A DNA stretch of 63,326 nucleotides, the filler included, from Chiloscyllium plagiosum (lineage: Eukaryota): NCBI RefSeq assembly GCF_004010195.1. It is 4 parts of one record of this genome, joined end to end, with 100 filler letters (N's around TTAATTAATTAA, not from the genome) between each part and the next. Parts side by side here need not be neighbours in the genome. Positions count along the whole stretch, not along the records: positions 27,017 to 45,305 come from NC_057710.1; positions 45,406 to 59,142 come from NC_057710.1; 2 more parts are not named here. One strand, written 5' to 3'. Positions 37,712 through 50,099 of the stretch are shown one piece after another. The translations under genes were made by a program, and so were the position numbers. Every line of letters begins with the position of its first letter. The stretch's first letter is position 1. A model generated the notes under the pieces. The model searched no databases. It was not told the origin of the DNA and worked only from the letters and a program-made list of their open reading frames with translations.

Positions 37712-39702
37712 TTACGAGAACGAGGGTAGGTCCGATCAAGGACAGTAGTGGGAGACTGTGTATTGAGTCGGAAGAGATAGGAGAGGTCTTGAATGAGTAC
37801 TTTTCTTCAGTATTTACGAATGAGAGGGACCGTATTGTTGAAGAGGAGAGTGTGAAACGGACTGGTAAGCTAGAGGCGATACTTGTTAGGAAGGAAGATG
37901 TGTTGAACATTTTGAACAACTTGAGGATAGACAAGTCCCCCGGGCCTGACGGGATATATCCTAGGATTATGTGGGAAACAAGAGAGGAAATTGCAGTACC
38001 GTTGACAATGATCTTTCAATCTTCACTGTCAACGGGGGTGGTACCAGAGGACTGGAGAGTNNNNNNNNNNNNNNNNNNNNNNNNNNNNNNNNNNNNNNNN
38101 NNNNNNNNNNNNNNNNNNNNNNNNNNNNNNNNNNNNNNNNNNNNNNNNNNNNNNNNNNNNNNNNNNNNNNNNNNNNNNNNNNNNNNNNNNNNNNNNNNNN
38201 NNNNNNNNNNNNNNNNNNNNNNNNNNNNNNNNNNNNNNNNNNNNNNNNNNNNNNNNNNNNNNNNNNNNNNNNNNNNNNNNNNNNNNNNNNNNNNNNNNNN
38301 NNNNNNNNNNNNNNNNNNNNNNNNNNNNNNNNNNNNNNNNNNNNNNNNNNNNNNNNNNNNNNNNNNNNNNNNNNNNNNNNNNNNNNNNNNNNNNNNNNNN
38401 NNNNNNNNNNNNNNNNNNNNNNNNNNNNNNNNNNNNNNNNNNNNNNNNNNNNNNNNNNNNNNNNNNNNNNNNNNNNNNNNNNNNNNNNNNNNNNNNNNNN
38501 NNNNNNNNNNNNNNNNNNNNNNNNNNNNNNNNNNNNNNNNNNNNNNNNNNNNNNNNNNNNNNNNNNNNNNNNNNNNNNNNNNNNNNNNNNNNNNNNNNNN
38601 NNNNNNNNNNNNNNNNNNNNNNNNNNNNNNNNNNNNNNNNNNNNNNNNNNNNNNNNNNNNNNNNNNNNNNNNNNNNNNNNNNNNNNNNNNNNNNNNNNNN
38701 NNNNNNNNNNNNNNNNNNNNNNNNNNNNNNNNNNNNNNNNNNNNNNNNNNNNNNNNNNNNNNNNNNNNNNNNNNNNNNNNNNNNNNNNNNNNNNNNNNNN
38801 NNNNNNNNNNNNNNNNNNNNNNNNNNNNNNNNNNNNNNNNNNNNNNNNNNNNNNNNNNNNNNNNNNNNNNNNNNNNNNNNNNNNNNNNNNNNNNNNNNNN
38901 NNNNNNNNNNNNNNNNNNNNNNNNNNNNNNNNNNNNNNNNNNNNNNNNNNNNNNNNNNNNNNNNNNNNNNNNNNNNNNNNNNNNNNNNNNNNNNNNNNNN
39001 NNNNNNNNNNNNNNNNGGTGGTGTGGATGAGCAGAGGGATCTTGGTGTCCATGTACACAGATCTTTGAAAGTTGCCACCCAGGTAAATAGTGCGGTGAGG
39101 AAGGCATATGGCGTACTGGCTTTTATTGGTAGAGGAATTGAGTTCCGGAGTCGTGAAGTGATGTTGCAGCTGTACAGGACTTTGGTTAGGCCACAGTTGG
39201 AGTACTGTGTGCAGTTCTGGTCGCCTCACTTTAGGAAAGGTGTGGAAGCTTTGGAGAGGGTGCAGAGAAGATTTACCAGGATGTTGCCTGGAATGGAGAA
39301 TAGGTCGTACGAGGATAGGTTGAGAGTGCTAGGCCTTTTCTCATTGGAACGGCGAAGGATGAGGGGTGACTTGATAGAGGTTTATAAGATGATCAGAGGA
39401 ATAGATTAGAGTAGACAGTCAGAAACTTTTTCCCCGGGTACAACAGAGTGTTACAAGGGGACATAAATTTAAGGTGAAGGGTGGAAGGTATAGGGGGGAT
39501 GTCAGGGGTGGGTTCTTTACCCAGAGAGTGGTGGGGGCATGGAATGCACTGCCTATGAGAGTGGTAGAGTCAGAATCTTTGGTGACCTTTAAGCGGCAAT
39601 TGGATAGGTACATGGATGGGTGCTTAAGCTAGGACAAATGTTCGGCACAACATCGTGGGCCGAAGGCCCTGTGCTGTGCTGTATTGTTCTATGTTCTATG
39701 TT
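37712..39702 (+). mobile_element. Young CR1 LINE ORF2 and 3' end spanning an N-gap
   Basis: RVGPIKD..NEYFSSVFT..KSPGPDGIYPR..PEDWR; after the gap RDLGV..LEYCVQFWSP; (TTCTATG)n tail. Confidence 0.85.
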
Positions 39703-39906
39703 AATGTTTGGAAAGAAGGAAGTGCAAACAACACAAAATAAGTGGGAAGGCAAGTTGTAAATGGGATTAAAAACAGTTCATTGAGAGATATATTGATATG
39801 TTAAGTAAGTATATAGGAGCTGGGAGGTCATGTTGCGCTTGTACAGTCATTGGTTAGACCATCTTTGGAATATTGCATACAATTTTGGTCTCCCTGCTAC
39901 AGAAGG

Positions 39907-41680
39907 TGTGGCCAGACGGGCTGCCTAAAAATGATGGATTACGGAAATGGGCAATAATAAGGATCGGTGCAGGGTTCTCTACTTTTTGTCATTTATATAA
40001 ATGATTTGGATGTGAGCATAAGGTACAGTTACTAAGTTTGCAGATGACCCCAAAATTGGAGGTGTAGTGGACGGCAAAGAAAGTTACCTCAGATTACAGC
40101 GAGATCTTGACCAGATGGGCCAATGGGGTGAGAAGGGGCAGATGGAGTTTAATTTAGATAAATGCGTGGTGCTGCATTTTGGGAAAGCAAATCTTAGCAG
40201 GACTTATACACTTAATGGTAAGGTCCTAGGGAGTGTTGCTGAACAAATAGCTCCTTGAAAGTGGAGTCGCAGGTAGATAGGATAGTGAAGAAGGTGTTTG
40301 GTATGCTTTCTTTTATTGGTCAGAGTATTGAGTACAGAAGTTGGGAGGTCATGCTGCAGCTGTACGGGACATTGGTTAGGCCAGTGTTGGAGTATTGTGT
40401 GCAATTCTGGTCTCCTTCCTATCGGAAAGATGTTGTGAAACTTGAAAGGGTTCAGAAAAGATCTACAAGGATGTTGCCTGGGTTGGAGAATTTGAGCAAT
40501 AGAGAGAGGCTGACCAGGTTGGAGCTATTTGCCCTGGAGCACCGGAGGCTGAGGGGTGACCATATAGAGGTTTATAAAATCATGAGGGGCATGGATAGGA
40601 TAAATAGACAGTCTTTTCCCTGGGGTTGGTGAGTCCAGAACTAGAGGGCATAGGTTTAGGATGAGAGGGGAAAGATATAAAAGATATCTAAGAGGCTACT
40701 TTTTCGCACAGAGGATGGTACATGTATGGAATGAACTGCCAGAGGAAGTGGTGGAGGCTGGTGCAATTGCAACATTTAAGAGGCATTTGGATGGGTATAT
40801 GAATAGGAAGGATTTGGAGGGATATGGGCCGGATGCTGGCAGGTGGGACGAGATTGGGTTGGGATAGCTGGTTGGCATGGACGGGTTGGACCGAAGTTTC
40901 GTCTTCCGTGCTGTATATCTCTGACTATGACTCTATAACTGAGGCATGCTGAGAAATTGAGACAAGCCTTGACCAAAGTGACTGTGCTAATGAACATGCT
41001 GCAGAATCCAGACAGGCTATAGCTACAGATGTACAGTATGTAATTGACCCAGAAGCTGCAGACAGTACAATATGCACTCTAATTGGAATTGAATATAATC
41101 AGACTAAATGCGATCTCCAGGATAATCGAACCTCGGGTTGTTTACCAGACCCGGCGAGGGGGATGGGCTCACACCCTTATTTGGAAAGGGCTACCTAACC
41201 TCCGTGCTCCCAACACCACCAGGAATGGATGCCCAAGGACCACACTGCCATCGAAACATTCCACACCTGGTTGGGCCTATCAATCAAGGTAATCAAGCCC
41301 TGCTGTCTATGTTGGAGGACATTAAAGATCCTCCCAAAAGAGCTGGAACAACTGCTAAGTATAAGAATCGTCGCAACACCATCCTCAGGAGCAGTACGTC
41401 GAGAGCAATCACTGCGTGAAGAAGATAGCCCAGGACCACTGGGAGAAGACGATGAGACAGTCATTGCCACGTGGATCAAGTCCACAATGTAGTGTGGTGG
41501 GATATGCTCATCCAGAGGTAAGTTAAAGCACGAGATAGTTGATTAGATTTATAGTATAAATTATTGGTTTATTGTATATATTGTTATAGTATTAATTGTG
41601 TTAAATATTATTGTTTATTAAGAGTTGACTCCGTTTCTTTGCTCGATATGAGTTAAACACACTGTGTGACAGGTGCAACA
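39907..41680. mobile_element. Solo LTR (~800 bp net) inserted in a CR1 fragment and itself split by another CR1 fragment (about 39961-40934)
   Basis: TGTGGC...GCAACA termini, 5-bp TSD GAAGG (39902-39906 and 41681-41685). The host CR1 reads continuously (WSPCYRR/KDV) when the LTR is removed. Confidence 0.75.
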
Positions 41681-42930
41681 GAAGGATGTTATGAAATTTG
41701 AAAGGGTGCAGAAAAGATTTACAAGGATGTTTGTGCTAAGGGAGAGGCTGAGTTTATCTTCTCTGAAGCATCAGAGGCTGAGGGGTGACCTCACAGAAGT
41801 TTACAAAGTTGTGAGGGGCATGGATAGGGTGGAGTCAAGGTCTTTTCCCTGGGGTGGGGGGGGGAGTCCAAAACTAGAGGGCATAGGTTTCAGGTGAGGG
41901 AGGAAAGATTTGAAAGGGACCTAAAGGACGACCTTTTAATGCAGAGGGTGGTGTGTGTATGGGATGAGCTGCCAGATGAAGTTGTGGAGGCTAGTACAAT
42001 TACAACATGTAAATGGTTAAATGATTAAGAAGGATTTAGAGGAATATGGGCCAAATGCTGGCAATTGGAACTGGATTAATTGAGGAAATCTGGTCAGCAT
42101 GGATGAGTTGGAGCAAAGGGTCTGTTTGCATGCTGTACATCTCAAAGTGGACAAAAGTTGGCAAATGGAGTATGTTGGGAAAGTGTGAATTTTTCATGTG
42201 GGAGCGAGAACCAAAAGAATAGAATATTATTTAAATAAGGAAAAGGTGTAGAAAGCTGCAAAAAAATGGGGGTTACTTGTACATGAAACATGGGAAGATA
42301 GCCCACAGGTGCACTAGGTTATCAGGAAGACTAATGTGGAATGTTAGCCCTTATTTTAAGGGGGTTGGAAGTACAAGCGTAGGGAAGTCTCACTGCAACT
42401 GTGCAAGGTGCTAGGGAGACCAGCTCTGGAGTACTCTGAACAGTTCTCTCCTTATCTCAGGAAATGCATTATTTTATTGGAGGGAGTTGACCGAAGATTC
42501 ACTAGGATGATCCCTAGTAGGCAGGGTTTGTCCAATGAGCTAAGATTAAACCATTTGAGACAATACTGACTGGGGTTTAGAAGAATCAGAGGTGATCTCA
42601 TTAAAATATAACGGATTCTGAAGGAGTTTAACAGGGTGAATGCTTCCCCTCCCCCTGGGAGAGTCTAGGACCAGGTAGCATAGTCTCAGAATAAAGGTAC
42701 ATCAGTTAAGGTGAAGATAAGGAATAATTTCTATTCTTTACAGGGTTCTAAGCATTTGGAATTCCTTGTCATAGCTGTGGAGGCAAAGTCCTTATTTATA
42801 TTTAGGGCTGCGATAGATTTTGATCAGTAGGGAAACCTAGGGTAAGGGGGAACAGACAGGAAAGTGGATGTGAGCAATATCGGATTAGACATGATCCTAC
42901 TGAAAGGCAGAGCAGGCTCGAGGGGGCCAG
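41681..42930 (+). mobile_element. Two adjacent degenerate CR1 3' fragments
   Basis: ERVQKRFTRM..RLRGDL motifs and CR1 3' UTRs. Confidence 0.7.
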
Positions 42931-44169
42931 ATTATTCCAATTTCTCATGGTCTTTTGGAATAGTCCAGCCTCAAGGTAACAAAGAGCTGGATGAGGATTG
43001 TGGAGCGAGAAGATCTTGAAGCTGAGTTGGTATGGTACTGTGCCACAGAGGTAGGATCACATGGTCTTGATGTTGGAGAATGACTGAATAATGTAGGAAT
43101 CTCAGCCCTAGTTTGAGTCATTGTCATTGAGTCATAGAGTCCTACAGCACAGAGACAGGCCTTTTGATCCTAACTGGTTCATAGCGACCAAAATGTCCAT
43201 CAACGCTAACCTCATTTCTCTACACTTGGCCCATATTCTTCTCCACCCTGGAGGCTTCCTGCCTCCATTCCTGATGAAGGGCTTTTGCCCAAAACGTCAA
43301 TTTTCCTGCTCCTTGGATGCTGCCTGACCTGCTGTGCTTTTTCAGCACCACTCTGATCTAAACCCATATTCTTCTCAACCTTTCCTCTCTGTTGTATTGA
43401 TGAATGATCTGTGACAATGATCAGGGAGGGCAAGTCTCCACATTCTTAAGTTCTACTGACTGACGGAGGCCTAGGAATATCCTGAGATTGAGGAAAGAGG
43501 GGAAGGTACATCAGCGGATGCTCACACTGCATGTCCCAATCCAACAAAGGTTAATCGGTATTGTAATATATTGGAAGGAGCTTTGAGCTGAGAGGTGATT
43601 GTTTGAAAGTTTCTACACTGTCCACTAGATGGAGCAACTGAACCAGGATTTGGTTCTCCTTGGGCAGAGAGTGACTATAACCACAGAGTTAAACAGAATC
43701 TCTGCCACAAACACCCATTCAGTTTAAATTCATAATCGCAAGCTGCAGTTTTGAGGAACTTGTGATGTTCTAATCAAATATACAAGTTGAATAATCTCCA
43801 AGGTTTCTAAGGTTTTTGGGTGAGGTGTCAGCTCAAGATGTCCTCAGCTGAATGTGAATGATTTCAGGGCAAGTTTTGATGAAGAACTGTGAATGTGTCA
43901 ATGTTTATTGCCAACAAATGTGCCCTGGCCTATGTTTATCTTCCTCCGGCATTACCGAAGCATTTCTGTACTGCCTCTGTGAAAACAATGTAGTCTTCCC
44001 ATATCCGATGTGCTTTCTCAACCTTTCTAGCGTTTTTCCCCTCTCCCCCAACACCACCACTCAAACAGATGGAGCCGTCAATTATGTCTGGGGACTCTGT
44101 TCTCCAAAACCTCTACCCTCCCTTCCTTCCAAAAAGCAGGAATGAGTACTCCTTATCCTCACCCTTGGA

Positions 44170-44840
44170 ATTTGAAAGTGGACTCGCAGGTAGGATAGTG
44201 AAGAAGGCATTTGGTATGCTTTCCTTTACTGGTCAGAGTATTGACTATAGGAGTTGGGAAGCCATGTTGCTGTACAAGACCTTGGTTAGGCCACTTTAGA
44301 ATACTGCATTCAATTCTGATCTAGCTGCTACAGGAAGGATGTTGTAAAGCTTGAAAGGGTTCAGAAAAGATTTGCAAGGATGTTGTTCAGGGTTGGAGAG
44401 TTTGAGCTACATGGAAGGGCTGAGTAGCCTGGGGCTGTTCTCCCTGGAACGTCGGAGGCTGAGGGGTGACTTTATAGAGATTTTTAAAATCATGAGTGGC
44501 GTGGATCGGATCAATAGACAAGTTCTTTTCCCCAGGGTAAGGAAGTCCTAAACTTGAGGGCATAGTTTGAAGGCAAGAGGGGAAAGATTTAAAAAGGACA
44601 TAAGGGGCAACTTTCTCATGCAGGAGGTGGTGCGTGTATGGAATGAGCTGATTGAGGAAGTGGTGGAGGCTGGTACAGTTACAACATTTAAAAGGCACCT
44701 GGATAGGTATATGAATGTGAAAGGTTTAGACGGGTATGGGTCAAGTGCTAGCAAATGGGACTAGATTAATTTAGGATATCTGATCAGCATGGACGAGTTA
44801 GACTGAAGGGTCTGTTTCTGTACTATACATCTCTGTGACG
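44170..44840 (+). mobile_element. CR1 LINE 3' fragment
   Basis: KKAFGML..LVRPL..RLRGD..VWNEL. Confidence 0.75.
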
Positions 44841-44925
44841 CTGCCAGGCCTGCTGGGCTTCTCCGGCAAATTTCTGTTTTCCAGCATCTGCAGTTCTTTG
44901 TTTTGCTTTGGAGTGTTGTCAGATC

Positions 44926-45305
44926 AGGAGAAAGTGAGGTCTGCAGATGCTGGAGATCAAAGTTGAAACTTTATTGCTGGAACAGCACAGCAGGTCAGGC
45001 AGCATCCAGGGAACAGGAGATTCGACGTTTCGGGCACAGGCCCTTCTTCAGGAATGAGCAGAGAGTGTTCAGCAGGAGAAGATAAAAGGTAGGGAGGAGG
45101 GACTTGGAGGAGGGGAGTTGGCAGAGGAGATGACCTGGGGTGTGCAGTGAGAGAGGGACTCACTGAAATCTTTGTAGAGAGAGGCAGAGAGCTTCTTCAA
45201 GGAAGGCATCCTTGTAAGAGGATTCGCAGTAGGTTGAAATCTTCGAGGAGAAAGTGAGATCTGCAGATGCTGGAGATCAAAGTTGAAACTTTATTGCTGG
45301 AAAAG
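44926..45305 (-). mobile_element. Internally deleted Penelope mini-element with two direct pLTRs and an intact minimal hammerhead
   Basis: pLTR at 44926-45055 and again at 45246-45305 (cut by the gap). 45121-45255 is nearly identical to 60198-60333, the start of the ORF MPSLKKL. Confidence 0.75.
45020..45055 (-). ncRNA. Minimal type-I hammerhead ribozyme motif
   Basis: AUUC-CUGAAGA-A-GGGC-CUGU-GCCC-GAAAC-GUC-GAAU: helix I AUUC/GAAU, core CUGANGA/GAAA, helix II GGGC/GCCC, palindromic ACGU helix III. Confidence 0.7.
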
Positions 45306-45404
45306 NNNNNNNNNNNNNNNNNNNNNNNNNNNNNNNNNNNNNNNNNNNNTTAATTAATTAANNNNNNNNNNNNNNNNNNNNNNNNNNNNNNNNNNNNNNN
45401 NNNN

Positions 45405-45630
45405 NGAGGGGGGAGAGTGGGGGGAGGGGCGCGGTGTGGAGTGGGGACAGGGTATGGGGAACAGAGTGGAGTGGGGACAGTGGGAGGGGAGCTCGGAGTG
45501 GAGTGGGGACAGTGGGCGGGAGCTGGAGTGGGGACAGTGGGAGGGAGCTGATGTGGAGTGAGGACAGTGGGAGGGGGCCTGGAGTGGAGTGGGGTCAGTG
45601 GGGGGAGGCACGGAGTGGAGTGGATGGAGT
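45405..45630 (+). repeat. G-rich minisatellite (GGAGTGGGGACAGTGG-type units)
   Basis: Repeated GGAGTGG(G/A)GACAG units next to the gap. Confidence 0.8.
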
Positions 45631-45939
45631 CAGCCGCCAAGAGCCTGGAGTTATTGTTTTGGAACTGGTGGGACTTTGTCACATGGAAGGCTTTTTATAT
45701 AAAGAGTGCAATGGCTATTCTTTTAGATATATTTCTTATTTTCCAAATTTATACTATGTATATCTGTAACATAACGCAATAGCTTTTTCTTTATTTTCTC
45801 GTCTTTTGTACCTAAGATATATACCTGGGTATTCTGTACCTAAGCTGTCTCTGTGTTGATGACATTGTACAAGTTTCACTGTCGTCCTGCTCTTTTGTAA
45901 GTTGATTACATGTGACAATGAACATAATTCTAATTCTAA

Positions 45940-47000
45940 TTCAATACACATTAAACACAACACTCTTTCCAATTTGTTAACCTCTGCACTTTTGTACAAT
46001 ATCTGTTAACATCAACATTCAAGTGATTTTTGTTATGATCAACACATCAACACAATATATGTTAAACTCAACTCAACTCACTAATACAGTACGTTATCCT
46101 TAACAGTCCAGCATAATATGTGCTACATCAACACTCCAATACAATATATGCTAAAACCAACATACCAACATAAGTCATGTTAGTCTCAAACTCTAGCATC
46201 ATAGTTTTAAATCCCACGCATGTCAAACTCAACACTCAACATTTCAATACAGCACACATTAACCTGAAGACTTCAAAACGATACATGTTAAGAATACACC
46301 AACACAACACATTCATCTCAGCTCACCTGAGCAATCTATATTGATATCCATGATGAGGAGGTGCCAGTGTTGGACTGGGGTGGACAAAGTTAAAAATCAT
46401 ACAATACCAAGTTATAGTCCAACAGGTTTAATTGGAAGTACTAGCTTTCAGAGCACTGCTCCTTCATTCTCCTGACAATGGAGCAATGCTCCGAAAGCTA
46501 GTACTTCCAATTAAATCTGTTGGACTATAACTTGGTGTGTGTTTTTTAACTGTATTGATTATCAACACACCAGAAAATGCATTAGCCTCAACACTGCACG
46601 ACAACAGATGCTTAGCATCATCAAGGCACTACAATGAAGATTAAACCACAGCTCTCCAGTGTAATACAAGTTAACCACAACACTTCAGTCAAATACAAGA
46701 TAACCCGAACACACCAGCACAATAACCTTCTTCTCAGTCCTACTGTAAAATAATGTCACCTTCTACACCCCAGCACTACACATTAACTTCAGTGTTAACT
46801 TCAATAATACTGCACAACAGATGTTAACCTCAGCGCTGCAGCACAATACACATCATACACAAGAATCTTTCCAATCTGTATTCACCTCTACCATCTAACA
46901 CAATAATCTCCTCCTCAGTATTCTTGTACACTGATGTTAAAAGTTAAAGCTCTAGCAAAGCAATGTAAACTTCAATATCCCAATACATGACACCCCATAC
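45940..47000 (+). repeat. Degenerate ~29-bp tandem array (approximate consensus GTTAACCTCAACACTCCAGCACAATACAT)
   Basis: GTTAAC/GCTA..CAACAC motifs recur at about 29-nt spacing. Interrupted by a palindromic element at about 46352-46551. Confidence 0.6.
46352..46551. mobile_element. Short palindromic Penelope-derived element, same family as 1058-1994
   Basis: AGTTATAGTCCAACAGGTTTAATTGGAAGTACTAGCTTTC is inverted to GAAAGCTAGTACTTCCAATTAAATCTGTTGGACTATAACT. Confidence 0.75.
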
Positions 47001-49340
47001 CACTCCTTGGCGATGTGAAGAATGCCCTAGATGTGATCACACCGCCACAAACACTCTGGAGATGAATTCCCTGAGGCCCGATTCATTGTGGCCAGTGACT
47101 TCAACCAACTTCAAGAGGGCAGAAGTGGGTACTGCAGATGCTGGAAATCAGAGTCAAGATTAGAGGGTGCTGGAAAAGTACAGCAGGTCAGGAACTCGAA
47201 AATCGATGTTTCGGGTAAAAGCCCTTCATCAGGAAGGCTTTTGCCCGAAACGTCAATTTTCCTGCTCTTCAGATGCTACCTGACCTGCTGTGTTTTTCCA
47301 GCGCCACTCTAATCTCAACTTCAAGAGCGTGCTGCCAAAGTCTCACCAACACATCGCCTGCCCCACTAGAGGACCGAGCATCCTGGACCACCGCTACATA
47401 ACCATCAAAGACATCTACCGATCCATTCCCCACCCACACTTCAGAAAATCAGATCACAGCACTGGGTTCCCCCTCCCAGCTTACAAGCAGAAGCTCAAAC
47501 AGGAAGATCCTTCACAAAAGGAAGTACAATGCTGGTCCGAGGCTGTGGAAGACCGTCTCTGGGACTGCCTGGAATCATTGGACTGGATCGTGTTCAAATA
47601 CTCAGCGGAAAACCTAGACAAGTACGCCACCACCATCACAGACTTCATTCGTAAATGTATGGAGGACTGCGTACCAAAGAAGCCAATCCGAGTGTTGGAT
47701 GCACCAGGAAATCTACTCTCTACTGAAGACCAGATGGGCAACAATTAAGCCAGACAACCCAGACCAATACAGGAGATCCAGATACGATCTTCACAAAATA
47801 ATCAGGGATGCCGAGATGCACAACCAGACCAAGTCAGAGGCCCAAACATACAAAACAGACTCACACAGCCTGTGGCAAGGCCTAAATAACGTTACCAAAT
47901 ACAAAATGAAGCTGAGCAAGATAGCGGACACAGACACATCCCTTCCTGACGTGCTCAATGCTTTCTATGCTCAGTTTGAGCAGAATGCCAACAGTGCAGT
48001 GTCACCTGTCCCGACAGCCCCAGACACACCTGTTCCCTTGGTCACAGCCGCAGACGTCAGATCGATCTTACTGGGAGTCAACCCAAGGAAAGCGATGGGC
48101 CCGGACGGTGTCCCTGGCTGAGTACTCAGATCCTGCGCAGACCAACTGGAGGAGGTATTCACTGACATCTTCAACCTCTCCCTCCTACAGGCCGAAGTCC
48201 CCATCTGTTTCAGGAAGACCACCATCATCCCCGTACCTGAGAAAGCACCTGCAATCTGCCTTCGTCACTATCACCCAGTGGCTCTGACCTCCATAATCAT
48301 GAAGTGCTTCGAGAGGCTGGTCATGGCCCACATCAACCCCAGTCTCCCAGCCTGACTCGATCCCCTACAATTTGCCTCCCGATGTAACAGGTCCCCAGCC
48401 GACACCGTATCTTTAGCCCTGCATTCATCACTGGAACATCTGGACAACAAGGACACCAACATCAGACTCCTGCTTATTGATGACAGCTCTGCCTTCAATA
48501 CCATTATCCCCTGCAGACTGATCTCAAAACTCTGTGACCTTCGTCTCAGCTCCACCCTTTGCAACTGGATCCTCAGCTCCCAGACCAACAGACTGCCATC
48601 AGTGAGGATAGGTAACTGCAGCCTCTATACGATAACACTCAACACTGGAGCCCCCCAAGGATGTGTCCTCAGCCCCTTACTGTACACCCTGTGCACCCAT
48701 CACTATGTAGCCAAATTCCAGATGAATGCCATCTACAAGTTTGCTGACAACACCACCGTGATAAGATGATTATCTAACAATGATGTGTCAGAATACAGAA
48801 AGGAGATAGAGGGCTTGGTGACATGGTGCAATGAGAACAACCTCTCTCTCAACGTCGACATAACTAAAGAACTGATCATTGAATTCAGAAAGAAAGGAGT
48901 AGAACATGCCCCAATGGAACTGAAGTTGAGAGGATGGAGAGAGTCAAGTCCTTCAGAATGACCGACAACCTGTCCTGGATTTCCCACATAGATTCCTCAG
49001 GAAACTCAAGAAATTCAGCAAATCCATAAAGATCCTCACCAACTTTTACAGATACATCATTGAGAGCACACTATCTGGGTGCATAATGGCCTGGTATGGC
49101 ATCTGCTTTGCCCAGGACTAGAAGAAACTACAGAGGGTGGTGTGCACAGCTCAGATCATCACAGAGGCCAACCATGGACTCCATCTACACCATCTCGCTG
49201 CCACGGAAAGGCTGCCAACATCACCAAAGACCCCTCCCACCCCGGTAATGATCTCCTATAACCTCTTCCAACAGGGAAAAGATACAGAGGCCTGAACACA
49301 CACTCCAGCAGCTTCTGGAACAGCTTCTTCCTGGCTGTTA
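47000..49340 (+). mobile_element. Degenerate Rex1/Babar-type LINE ORF2 (APE and RT)
   Basis: [61 protein letters not shown]; frameshifts and stops present. Confidence 0.8.
47118..47315. mobile_element. Fold-back pLTR/hammerhead element inserted in the Rex LINE
   Basis: Inverted arms around CCCTTCATCAGGAAGGC. 12-bp duplication CAACTTCAAGAG at 47106-47117 and 47316-47327. Confidence 0.8.
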
Positions 49341-49341
49341 T

Positions 49342-50099
49342 AGGGTAATCCAAAATGGAGGCCAGGAAAAATTTCTGGCTGTAACAGCTGCTCCCATTTT
49401 GAGGTATTTTAGGTGCTGGGGGTGATTGCCTCAAATTCCAAGAGCAGCAATTACTGATTTATATGCTGTTGCATTGTTTTGGAACTTTGGGGGAAAAAAA
49501 AGTCAAAACAACTGCAGTTTTAAAAGGGAGAAGAACAGACAAAGGAAGCACATGGTGGGGTCAGTGCAGGAGAGAGGGACAGAAAGAAACTGACACCAGA
49601 GTGAATCTGCACAGAATGTTCTCACGGGGGAGAGGGGCCAGCAAGAGGTCATTGTCCACAGTGGAACCAATGACATAGGAAGGGAAAAGGTTGAGATTCT
49701 GAAGGGTAAATTCAGAGAGTTAGGCAGGAATTCAAAAAGGAGGTCCTCGAGAGTAGTAATATCTGGATTACTCCCGGTGCTACGAGCTAGTGAGGGCAGG
49801 AATAGGAGGATAGAACAGGTGAATGCATGGCTGAGGAGCTGGTGTATGGGAGAAAGATTCACATTTTTGGATCATTGGAATCTCTTTTGGGGTAGAAGTG
49901 ACCTGTACAAGAAGGACGGATTGCACCTAAATTGGAAGGGGACTAATATACTGGCAGGGAAATTTGCTAGAGCTGCTCGGGAGGATTTAAACTAGTAAGG
50001 TGGTGGGGGTGGGCGGGGGGTGGGACCCAGGGAGATAGTGAGGAAAGAGATCAATCTGAGACTGGTACAGTTGAGAACAGAAGCGAGTCAAACAGACAG
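49342..50099 (+). mobile_element. 5' UTR-like repeat plus a CR1 ORF1 esterase fragment, cut by a gap
   Basis: HSGTNDIG..SGLLP..WLRSWC..DHWNLFW..DGLHLN (SGNH-type ORF1). Confidence 0.75.

Noticed and set aside
37624..39229. Long ORFs across N-runs (also 50020-50978)
   Set aside because: Artefacts of translating through gaps; the flanks are CR1 sequence or non-coding.
45940..47000. CRISPR-like array
   Set aside because: Contiguous degenerate units with no unique spacers, no cas genes, and a vertebrate context.
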